From assembly GCA_044222185.1 (NCBI GenBank), contig JBGANV010000006.1:288001-352000 (forward strand): 64,000 bases of DNA, read 5' to 3'. The notes beneath the pieces were generated by a model. The model had not been told where the DNA came from. It made no database searches and worked only from the letters and a program-made list of their open reading frames with translations. A program made the translations under genes and the position numbers. Numbering within the stretch: the first letter of the stretch is position 1; each line of letters starts with the position of its first letter. Source of the stretch: Planctomycetota bacterium. Lineage in GTDB: Bacteria; Planctomycetota; GCA-002687715; CAIWVZ01. This document shows positions 1-8,228 of the stretch, in pieces.

Positions 1-382
1 GGTGCCGTTGATGCTCAACGGAGTCGGCAAGGCGGCCGCGTTGAAGGGCGCCCGAGCCATGCTCGACCGCATGGGAATCGGCGACAAGGCCGACGTGTTG
101 CCGAGGTTCCTCTCTGGCGGCCAGCAACAGCGCATCGCGATCGCGCGCTCGCTCGTTCACGAGCCGAGGCTTCTCGTCTGCGACGAGCCCACGGCGGCGT
201 TGGACGGGGAGACGGGCCGCACGGTGATGGAGATCGTTCGCGACCAGGCCGTGAAGCCGGGGCGCGCCGTCATCATGGTGACGCACGACAGCCGGATGTT
301 CGGATACGGGGACCGCTTCGCCATGATGCTCGACGGGACCGTGAGTCGCGTCGTGACCGACGTTCGGGAGGTGCACGCATGA
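1..382 (+). CDS. ABC transporter ATP-binding protein (LolD/MacB-like), 5' part outside window
   Basis: LSGGQQQR signature, LLVCDEPT Walker B, VTHD H-loop; stop overlaps next start (ATGA). Confidence 0.92.
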   Translation, partial: VPLMLNGVGKAAALKGARAMLDRMGIGDKADVLPRFLSGGQQQRIAIARSLVHEPRLLVCDEPTAALDGETGRTVMEIVRDQAVKPGRAVIMVTHDSRMFGYGDRFAMMLDGTVSRVVTDVREVHA

Positions 383-1446
383 AGATCCGCAACTTCCTCC
401 TGCCCGTGCTTTCCCTGGGCGGAATGGTGTTCGCGTCGTTCACCGTCGCCGGCCTGATGCGCGACAAACCGGATACCCCGCCGCCCGTGAAGCCTGCGGC
501 TGCGCCGTTCTCCCGGACCCTGGCGGGTGCCGGGATCATCGAGCCGGCATCCGAGTTGATCGCCGTGGCACCGAGCGTCGCCGGCGTCGCCGTCGAGGTG
601 CTCGTCGCGCCGGGCCAGCGCGTGAAGAAGGGCGACGCGCTCCTTCGCCAGGACGCGCGCGTGCCGCAGGCGCAGCGCGCGATCCACCAGGCTGAGATCG
701 AGGCTGCAAAGACGAAGTTGGCGCGGCTGCGCGCCATGCCGCGGACGGAGGAGGTGGCGCCGCTCGAGCAGGCCGTGCGCGAGCTCGAGGAGTGGCGGAA
801 GGACGACAAGGACAAGCTCGATCGCCTCCAGTCGCTCCTCGACCGCGGCGCCATGCAGGAGCGCGACGTCGTCGCGGCGCGGAACGCGCTCGACGCCCGC
901 ACCGCGCAACTCGCCAAGGCGAACGCGCAACTCGCGCTGATCCGCGCCGGCGCCTGGAAGCCGGACGTGGTCGTCGCGGAGGCGGAGGTCGCGGCCGCCG
1001 AGGCCGAGCTCGCGGGCGTGGCGACCGAGCTGGCGCGGCTGACCGTGACGGCCCCGACGGACGGTGTGATCCTCCAGGTGAACGTACGCGCTGGGGAGTT
1101 TCTTCCAGTCGGGGCGGCCGTCGCCCCGATCGTCATGGGGGAGATCGAACCCCTTCACGTCCGCGTGGATCTCGACGAGGTCGACGCATCGCGGTTCGTT
1201 CCCGGGTCGACCGCCGAGGCGTTCTTGCGGGGCCACCAGGACGCGGGGCACGCGGTCGCGATCGAGTTCGTGCGCACGGAACCGCTCGTGATTCCCAAGC
1301 GCGCGCTCACGGGCGTGGCGATCGAACGGATCGACACCCGCGTCCTCCAGGTGATCTATCGGGTCGCGAAGGTGCCCGCAGACGTGCGGCTCTACTGCGG
1401 CCAGCAGGTCGAAGTGTTCATCGACGCGGCTGAGTCGCGCCGCTGA
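379..1446 (+). CDS. HlyD/RND-type periplasmic adaptor (membrane fusion protein)
   Basis: N-terminal TM, lipoyl half-motifs (VAPGQRVKKGD, VTAPTDGVI), coiled-coil hairpin; coupled to ABC ATPase. Confidence 0.9.
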   Translation: MKIRNFLLPVLSLGGMVFASFTVAGLMRDKPDTPPPVKPAAAPFSRTLAGAGIIEPASELIAVAPSVAGVAVEVLVAPGQRVKKGDALLRQDARVPQAQRAIHQAEIEAAKTKLARLRAMPRTEEVAPLEQAVRELEEWRKDDKDKLDRLQSLLDRGAMQERDVVAARNALDARTAQLAKANAQLALIRAGAWKPDVVVAEAEVAAAEAELAGVATELARLTVTAPTDGVILQVNVRAGEFLPVGAAVAPIVMGEIEPLHVRVDLDEVDASRFVPGSTAEAFLRGHQDAGHAVAIEFVRTEPLVIPKRALTGVAIERIDTRVLQVIYRVAKVPADVRLYCGQQVEVFIDAAESRR

Positions 1447-2719
1447 CGGCGGCCGGCGCGTCGGCGCGGAGCCCGTCGATCTCGTCCGGCGTGAGCGGGC
1501 GGCTCTCACCGGGCGCGAGATCAGCGAGGGTGATCGGCCCGAAGTCGGTCCTGATCAAGACCTCGACGTCGTGTCCGACGGCCGCGAATTGGCGGCGGAT
1601 CTGCCGATTCTTGCCTTCGCGCAACGTGACCTGGAGCCACGTCGAGCGCGGATTGCTCGAGTCGGAGACGACGATCTCGATCGGGGCGAAGCTCATGCCG
1701 TCGACATTCATGGGTTGAGTGCGCAGCCGAGTGAGCGTCTCGTCGCTCGGATGTCCGCGCACCTTGACCCGGTATCCCTTGCGAACGTGCGACGCAGGCG
1801 ACAGGAGGCGATCGGCAAGGTCGTGGTCGTTGGTGAGGATGAGAAGTCCCGCGCTGTCCTGATCGAGGCGCCCGACCGGCGCGAGTCCCGCGGGGACGGG
1901 CTTGGCGACGAGTTCCATCACGGTCGCGCGGCCTTCCGGATCATGAGTCGTCGTGACCATGCCGCGCGGCTTGTTCGCGGCCACGTAGACGAACGCGGAC
2001 GCGGGATCGGGCGCGCCCACGGCAGTGCCATCGACCGCGATCTTGTCCGTGGCAGGCTTCACCTTGAAAAGGATGTCCGTGCGGACGAGTCCGTTCACGC
2101 TCACGCGTCCGGCGCGCACCATCGCCTCGGCCTGTTTGCGTGAGGCCACGTGCCACTTCGAGAGGATGCGCGGCAGGAAGATCGGCGTGGTTTCCGGCTT
2201 GGAGCGCCGCGGGGCTTCGGCCGGCGCCGTCTTCGGCACGCGGGGAATCCGCTCCTGAAGCGCGGCAAGCACGGCGACGGGGATCGGCACGCGCCGGTCC
2301 GGCCAGCCTTCGGCGGCGTTCGCGCGCTCCGCCGAACGGTGCGCCGAGGCGAACCACTTGTTCTCCATGGAGCAGTCGTCGGGTGTTCGCGGATTGAAGG
2401 CGAGACATGCAACCGGCTTCACGTCGAAGGGAAGCGCGCAGGACATGTCGGCTTCGAGGAACGGGCACGTGTACCGCGTCGCCTTTCCCGTGAGCCGCAG
2501 CTCGTACTTCTCGACCGCAGCCCGCAAGCGAGCCGCCAGGGCGTCACGGCGCGAATCGCTGAGCGTTCGGAGGTGACGCGCGACGCGGTCTCCCTCCACG
2601 GGAAGGATGCGCACGGAGTTGTGGGCGTCCGTGCAGCAGAGACCGCAGCCTTCGCAGGTGCGGATCGTGCGTTGCACGTCGCTGACGTGCTCGACGAGGC
2701 GTGAGCGTTCCGGATCCAT
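1418..2719 (-). CDS. Fusion of YkgJ-like CxxCxxCC cysteine-cluster domain with S4-containing pseudouridine synthase (RsuA/RluB family)
   Basis: CEGCGLCC...CPFL...CAL..KPVAC; S4-like SRKQAEAMVRAGRVSVNG; NKPRG, VGRLDQDSAGL (catalytic Asp), EGKNRQIRR. Confidence 0.88.
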   Translation of the reverse strand: MDPERSRLVEHVSDVQRTIRTCEGCGLCCTDAHNSVRILPVEGDRVARHLRTLSDSRRDALAARLRAAVEKYELRLTGKATRYTCPFLEADMSCALPFDVKPVACLAFNPRTPDDCSMENKWFASAHRSAERANAAEGWPDRRVPIPVAVLAALQERIPRVPKTAPAEAPRRSKPETTPIFLPRILSKWHVASRKQAEAMVRAGRVSVNGLVRTDILFKVKPATDKIAVDGTAVGAPDPASAFVYVAANKPRGMVTTTHDPEGRATVMELVAKPVPAGLAPVGRLDQDSAGLLILTNDHDLADRLLSPASHVRKGYRVKVRGHPSDETLTRLRTQPMNVDGMSFAPIEIVVSDSSNPRSTWLQVTLREGKNRQIRRQFAAVGHDVEVLIRTDFGPITLADLAPGESRPLTPDEIDGLRADAPAAVSGATQPRR

Positions 2720-2737
2720 GGTGCGTGCGGGTGGGCC

Positions 2738-4297
2738 TCAGAATTCGACCATCGCGAACACGAGATGGACGCAGAGGACGAAGATGGTGGTCCGGATGAT
2801 CGTTGCCGTGACCCCGCGTGCCAAGTCGTCACCGGAAAGTTTCGGCTTGTTTCCCATGCCCCAGGCGATGGCGACGGTGCCGACGAAGCAGAGGAGCGTC
2901 TTCCCGAACGCCCAGGCGAGGTGCTTGGACAGGATGGTCTCGCCGAGAAGGCGAGGGAAGTTCTCGCTGAACGTGAACGCAGTCTGCCCGGGGTGCGTCC
3001 CCAGGAACACGACCGCGGCGGCGAAGGACGCGCACTTCCAGGCGATCAGCCAGATGAGCGGGGCTCCGAAAACGGCGGCGAGCGTGATCGCGGACAAGAG
3101 GTAGCGAGCTGGTGGCGTTCGCTGCACGCTCAACGCGTCCATTTGGCGGGTGTAGACCCGATGACCGATGTCCGCTGCGATGGCGGCGCCGCCTCGCGCC
3201 GCAAACAGGAGCGTGATCGTTCCCGGGACGACGACCCGATGGAGCGCGAATCCGAGAGAGCCGAGGATCTCCTCGAGGATCACCGGCTCGGTGAACCCCG
3301 AGTACGGAATCAGGTGGAAGAGGAAGAACGAGACGACGAAGCCGGCGATGAGGCCCGCGAGCGCCATGAATGGCAACGCCGAGCCCAGAACGAGGAGGAG
3401 GACGTAGCCCCAGGTGAAGCGCGCACCCCAGCGTGGCTTTCTGAACCGCGGCGCGAGTGAGGCGAGCGTGCAGGCGAGATCCCCGACGAAGGCGCCCGTG
3501 GCGTCGACGGTGGCGATGAGCGCCCGGCCGACGGCCGTCGCCCAGCCGGGACGCGTCGCGGGCGCGGGTGGCGAGTCATCCGCGGGCGACGCCGAGCGGA
3601 GCTCCGCCAGCGCGCGGTTGACGTCGTCCTTCGGAACGTCGACGAACCGGCGCGTTCGCGGATCCAGGAGGACGATCCGATCGGCGATCGGTAGCAGCGC
3701 GACGAGGTCGTGCGTCACGACGACGGAGGTCATGCGATGGGTGTCGTGAACGCGGCGGATCCGACCGGCTACGGCCTCGGACATCGCCGGGTCGAGCCCC
3801 GAGGTCGGTTCGTCATAGAGCATGAGGCGCGGCCGCTGGGCGAGCGCGCGCGCGATCGCGAGTCGTTGCTTCTCGCCCCCGGACATCCGCGCGGGCCTCT
3901 GGTCTCCGCGGAGCCCGAACTCCGAGAGGAGGTCCTCGACGGCATGCGCGCGTTCGGTCTCGGGGATTGCCCCGTGATCCAGGGCGAAGGCGACGTTTCG
4001 GCGCGCGTCCCAGTCGTCGAACAGGGCGAAGTCCTGGAAGACTACGCCCGTTCCAGGCGCCGGCCCGTCCTTCGCGACGTCGTGTCCGAGGACTCGGGCC
4101 GACCCGCGCAGGTCGAGTCCCCGGCGGCCGGCGATGCCGGCCATCAACGAGAGCGTGATCGACTTGCCGCTGCCGCTCTTGCCGACCAGGAGACAGAGCT
4201 CGCCTTCACCGATCGACAGGCGGGCGTCTTCCAGGATCACGCGGCGTCCGGCGCGGATCGTGAGGTCGCCAATCTCGATGACTGGAGGTTGAGGCAT
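2738..4297 (-). CDS. ABC ATPase fused to MlaE-type permease (MlaF-MlaE-like fusion)
   Basis: GKSGSGKS, MSGGEKQR, YDEPTSGLDP, VTHD; C-terminal TMs with ARGGAAIAADIG..RQMDAL, typical of MlaE. Confidence 0.85.
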   Translation of the reverse strand: MPQPPVIEIGDLTIRAGRRVILEDARLSIGEGELCLLVGKSGSGKSITLSLMAGIAGRRGLDLRGSARVLGHDVAKDGPAPGTGVVFQDFALFDDWDARRNVAFALDHGAIPETERAHAVEDLLSEFGLRGDQRPARMSGGEKQRLAIARALAQRPRLMLYDEPTSGLDPAMSEAVAGRIRRVHDTHRMTSVVVTHDLVALLPIADRIVLLDPRTRRFVDVPKDDVNRALAELRSASPADDSPPAPATRPGWATAVGRALIATVDATGAFVGDLACTLASLAPRFRKPRWGARFTWGYVLLLVLGSALPFMALAGLIAGFVVSFFLFHLIPYSGFTEPVILEEILGSLGFALHRVVVPGTITLLFAARGGAAIAADIGHRVYTRQMDALSVQRTPPARYLLSAITLAAVFGAPLIWLIAWKCASFAAAVVFLGTHPGQTAFTFSENFPRLLGETILSKHLAWAFGKTLLCFVGTVAIAWGMGNKPKLSGDDLARGVTATIIRTTIFVLCVHLVFAMVEF

Positions 4298-4336
4298 GTG
4301 CGAAGGGGAGGCATTCTACGCGCCTGGAGGAATCGC

Positions 4337-5344
4337 ATGCGCCCGCGGGGCGTCGTCGCAGTCGTGTTGGTCGTCGTCGCGGTCGCCGCGGGTTGGGCTG
4401 GGCTGGCGATCGGCGCGGGTCCTGCGGGCTGGCGCCGTTGGATCGACCGATCGGGCACGGGTGCGGCTGGTGGCGCGACGCTCTCGATGAACGTCGACCC
4501 CGTCGATGCGCGCGCGTTTCGCGTCACGGTCACGGGACCCCCGGGCCGGAGAGGGCGCTTCCAGGCTTCCGCGGACCTCGGTCCGACCGTGGTCGACCTG
4601 CGGGCGAGCGACCTCACCGTGATGACGCCGGGGGCGGGGGGCTTCGCGACCGACTTCTCGTTTCCCGCCGACGGGCAACTGGCGACGGACGTGCCGATGG
4701 ATGTGGTTCCCGCCGCGGGTCTCTTCGTTCAGGCCTTCGCGGAATCGCCCGCTGGGACGGGCGAGCGGCGGTGGACGACGGATGCGCTCGGCGTCTGGGT
4801 GGACGCGGGAACTCTCGTCGTGCGTCCCGCGGCGGCGCTCGTCCTGCGGCGGCACGGCCGGTCGCTCATCGCCGGATGCCTCGTCGTCGCTGGGGTCGTC
4901 GCACTTCTGCTCAGGCGATGGTGGGCGCCGTCGCGGGGAGCCGTCGCCGGCGCTCGTCTCGCCGCGACGGGGTTCGTCGTGCTCGCGGCGTGGAATGCGG
5001 CCGCCGTGTTTCGTGGACGCGAACTCCGACCGGGCGACGTGTTCCGTTCGCGAGAGGAACAGCTGGCGGCGGCGTTCGAGCCCGGGTTCCCCGAACTCGT
5101 TTCCAGATGCCGAACCCTCCGCGACGCGGGCGCTCGAATCCGGGTCGTCGCGATGGATCCTCCCGGATTGAAGGTCGGTGCCGCGCTTCGGTTGCTCGTT
5201 CCCGGGATCGATCTCCTGGTCGACGGGAACGCCGAGTCGCGGGCCGGGTTCGGGGCGACGCTCTATCTGGGCGCCGCGGCTCGAGCCTTCTCCGGGCCGG
5301 CGGGGCTGCGTGGTGGAGCATTCGCGCTCGTGGAGGCGCGCTGA
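4337..5344 (+). CDS. Hypothetical membrane protein
   Basis: ATG 4337, N-terminal hydrophobic segment, beta-rich soluble domain, two further TMs; abuts next gene. Confidence 0.6.
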   Translation: MRPRGVVAVVLVVVAVAAGWAGLAIGAGPAGWRRWIDRSGTGAAGGATLSMNVDPVDARAFRVTVTGPPGRRGRFQASADLGPTVVDLRASDLTVMTPGAGGFATDFSFPADGQLATDVPMDVVPAAGLFVQAFAESPAGTGERRWTTDALGVWVDAGTLVVRPAAALVLRRHGRSLIAGCLVVAGVVALLLRRWWAPSRGAVAGARLAATGFVVLAAWNAAAVFRGRELRPGDVFRSREEQLAAAFEPGFPELVSRCRTLRDAGARIRVVAMDPPGLKVGAALRLLVPGIDLLVDGNAESRAGFGATLYLGAAARAFSGPAGLRGGAFALVEAR

Positions 5345-5345
5345 C

Positions 5346-6692
5346 GTGGGCACTGCGACCCTCGCGGCTCTCGCCGTCGTTGCGGCGATCTGGTGCGTCG
5401 GCGCCGGCGTCGTCACCCTGGCTCGGGTTTCGTGCCGGACTCGATCCGGTCTTGCGTCGACGGCGTTCTGGATGGGCTGCGTCGTCGTCGGCGCGGTGCT
5501 GCTCGGCCTCCGCGCGCTCGACTGCGGTTGGGATCTGGGGGCGTTGTGGACGATGGGCGGCGCGTCGGCCTTGATGCTCGTCGCGCGTCGCCGCTGGGCG
5601 TCACGAACCGTGGAGCCTGAACCCGGCTCCCGCGTGTCCGCGATCCTTGCCGGCATCGCGGTGGCCGTGGCGGGCGCGGTCATCGCGGCTGCATGGTCCA
5701 TGCCCGAGAACGCGCATGACGCCCACGCCATGTGGCTCTATCGGGCGCGGCTGTTTTCCGAAAGCGCCGGGTTCGTCGACCCTCCGGAGCACCGCCTCGA
5801 TTATCCACACCCCGAGTATCCGCCGCTGTTCCCACTCCTCGTCCAACTCGTCTTCCGCGCCGGAGGGCTGGATCTGTGGTCGCCACACGTGCTCACGGTC
5901 GCGGCGTGGCTTTCGCTCATTGGTCTCCTGGTGGAGTCGGGCGAGGGGCGTCCACGCGCGTGGATCGTTGCGCTCGCGGTCGGGTGCGCCGGGCCCGTAT
6001 TGGCGCCGGCCGCCCGCGCCGTGGCCGACGTCTCTCTCGCGGCCCTCGTGTGCGGGGCCGTCTTGTGGATGGGGAGGGGGATCCAAAGCCGGCGTTCGTT
6101 CGATCCCGCGTTCGTCATCGGTGCTGCATTCGTCTGTGGCGCGACGTCGTTGAAGAACGAGGCGTCGGTACTCGCGATCGTCCTTTGTGTCGTGGCTGCC
6201 ATATCGGCCCGGCGGATCGAACCGGGGATCTGGGTTGCGGCCGGTGCCTTGCTCGGTCGTATGCCGTGGCAATGGATCACATCGAATCACGGGTGGACGA
6301 ACGTGGATTTTCGGCTGGGTGCCCGGGTGTTCCTCCAGCCAGCAATACTCCTCGACCGCCTGTATGAGATTCCCGCGCTGGCGTGGGCGATCCTCATGAA
6401 CGACCTATCCGGATTGCCGCTCGTGATCGGCTGGATATGGGTGCTCGTCTATCGCCCGTCGCCACGCCGGCTATCCGGATTGGCGGCATGGGTGTCTCTG
6501 GGTGGCGGCTCGAGCGTATTGTGCGCCTACCTGGCATCGATCCACGACATGGAGTACCACGTCGGCACCTCGTACGGGCGGGCGATCGCCACACCTCTGG
6601 CGCTCGCGGGCCTGGCGTTGGCGGCCTTCGGCGTCGGCGATGGGGGCTCGGACGCGAAACCCCGGCCGTCCTCCGAATCCGGCGATCAGTAG
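5346..6692 (+). CDS. Polytopic membrane protein, possible GT-C glycosyltransferase
   Basis: >10 hydrophobic segments; DAHAMW, HPEYPPLFP, ADV, KNE motifs reminiscent of ArnT/PMT-like proteins; GTG start immediately after upstream stop. Confidence 0.6.
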   Translation: MGTATLAALAVVAAIWCVGAGVVTLARVSCRTRSGLASTAFWMGCVVVGAVLLGLRALDCGWDLGALWTMGGASALMLVARRRWASRTVEPEPGSRVSAILAGIAVAVAGAVIAAAWSMPENAHDAHAMWLYRARLFSESAGFVDPPEHRLDYPHPEYPPLFPLLVQLVFRAGGLDLWSPHVLTVAAWLSLIGLLVESGEGRPRAWIVALAVGCAGPVLAPAARAVADVSLAALVCGAVLWMGRGIQSRRSFDPAFVIGAAFVCGATSLKNEASVLAIVLCVVAAISARRIEPGIWVAAGALLGRMPWQWITSNHGWTNVDFRLGARVFLQPAILLDRLYEIPALAWAILMNDLSGLPLVIGWIWVLVYRPSPRRLSGLAAWVSLGGGSSVLCAYLASIHDMEYHVGTSYGRAIATPLALAGLALAAFGVGDGGSDAKPRPSSESGDQ

Positions 6693-7054
6693 CCGGCGGC
6701 GATTTCGGCGATCTGCTGAAGGGCTGCGCGCATGGAGGTGAGCTGCTCTTGGATCGCCTGCAGCGTCGCGACGAGATCGCCGCTTGCTGCCGAGCGGGGC
6801 GGACGCCCGGGCCCGCGCCGCGCGGATTTCGAGCCCGACTCAGCGATCGGAGCGCCTGGCGCCCGGGCCGCTGCCGGCTTCTTGCGACCCATTCCGAGCT
6901 TCTTCTTCGCCAGCCCCATGATCAGCGGATAGACGTGATATCCCTGCTTCTTGGCCGTCGACACGATGGCGGAATAGGGCATCTGCGCATCGCTCCGGAT
7001 GAGCTTTGCGACGAATTCGACGACGACCGAGCGCGGAATCTCTGTCTTGACCAT
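6686..7054 (-). CDS. Small basic hypothetical protein (paralog of upstream gene)
   Basis: Typical codon usage; helical N-domain, Lys/Arg/Pro linker with RRGPGRP, C-terminal coiled coil. Confidence 0.75.
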   Translation of the reverse strand: MVKTEIPRSVVVEFVAKLIRSDAQMPYSAIVSTAKKQGYHVYPLIMGLAKKKLGMGRKKPAAARAPGAPIAESGSKSARRGPGRPPRSAASGDLVATLQAIQEQLTSMRAALQQIAEIAAGY

Positions 7055-7072
7055 GTTGTTGCCCCGGATTCG

Positions 7073-7693
7073 TCAGAGGACGTTCTTGAGGATGCCGGCG
7101 ATCTGATCGAGGGCCTGCATGTAGCGGTCACGTTCGGCGAGCACGTCTTGCAACTCCGCAACCATCGACGACAGGTTGGAGAGGTCCAGACCCTTCCGCC
7201 GTCCCCTGCGGGCGACGGGCGGCGCAGGCTGTGACGGCGCGGGTTCCGCCGCGGGCTGCGGCCTTCGCGGACGGGCGGTCGTGCGCGGCTTCGCGTTCAT
7301 GCCGAGCGCGCGGCGGGCGTTCCCGAAATTGATCGGCGCGATGGAGAAGCCCGCGGCGTCCGCCGCCGTCTTGACGTCGCCATAGCTTGCATCGGGCCTC
7401 TGACGCAGAAACTCGATGACGAACGTCATCAGGGGTGTTCGTTCGCTCACGGTGTCGCTCCTTTGCATGGAACCCGCACTGGCCTTGCCGGACGGGCGAG
7501 CCGCGGACCTCGGCGGGGCCGCGGTGACGCCGACGCGGCGTCTCGCTTCCGCGAACTGACGCGCGGTGACTGTGATGTTCAGCTTGCGCGCATCGATACG
7601 AACGTCGCGGAATTGCAGGTCGGGAGTGGCGCGTAGCCAGCTCTCGAGGAGCTGCACCACTTCCTCCGGTGACAATCCCGGTTGCGAGCTCAT
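7073..7693 (-). CDS. Basic hypothetical protein (paralog of downstream gene)
   Basis: ATG 7693; shares helical domain, basic linker (RRGRRK) and C-terminal coiled coil with 6686..7054. Confidence 0.75.
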   Translation of the reverse strand: MSSQPGLSPEEVVQLLESWLRATPDLQFRDVRIDARKLNITVTARQFAEARRRVGVTAAPPRSAARPSGKASAGSMQRSDTVSERTPLMTFVIEFLRQRPDASYGDVKTAADAAGFSIAPINFGNARRALGMNAKPRTTARPRRPQPAAEPAPSQPAPPVARRGRRKGLDLSNLSSMVAELQDVLAERDRYMQALDQIAGILKNVL

Positions 7694-8228
7694 GGACCCC
7701 GTCGGGTAATCAGGTGGGGCGAAATGGGAGGCCGTTGACGCACTTAGCGGAATATGCGGCATTAGGAGGTACTACTCGTCGGGCGAGGGGCGAGGGGCGC
7801 GACGACGCGCACACGGTAAGCGCCATTCGACGTGTCACAAGTCCTCGCGGCATTCGTCGTTGACTCGGATCGTCACGTCGGATGGTCACGTCACGGCGCT
7901 GCTGAGGCGCGCTCGCAGGCGTGTGCCGTCGGTGACGCGCCGCCTTGCTGACGGATGCAGTCAGGGAGTCACGAGGCGACGAGTAATGCGGTAAGGCTTT
8001 CCGATGGCCCGGAACAATGTGACCGGCCATTGAAAGGTGCCGATGCGGCAAGGTTGGAAGCCGCGATGCGGCTGATTCCGAATTTGGCGGATATGCCACG
8101 TGGGCTGGCGATCCGATATCCGCGATCGACCCCCGCGCGCTCAGTCCATCCCAAACGGACACAACCGCCGGATCGACGCGAGGGGACGCATCGTGCGCGC
8201 TGCCGCGCACGATGCGTGTCGGCGCACC

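Noticed and set aside
3710-4336. N-terminal extension of the 544-aa ORF
   Set aside because: Antisense to the ABC gene; the hydrophobic leader starts at ATG 4337
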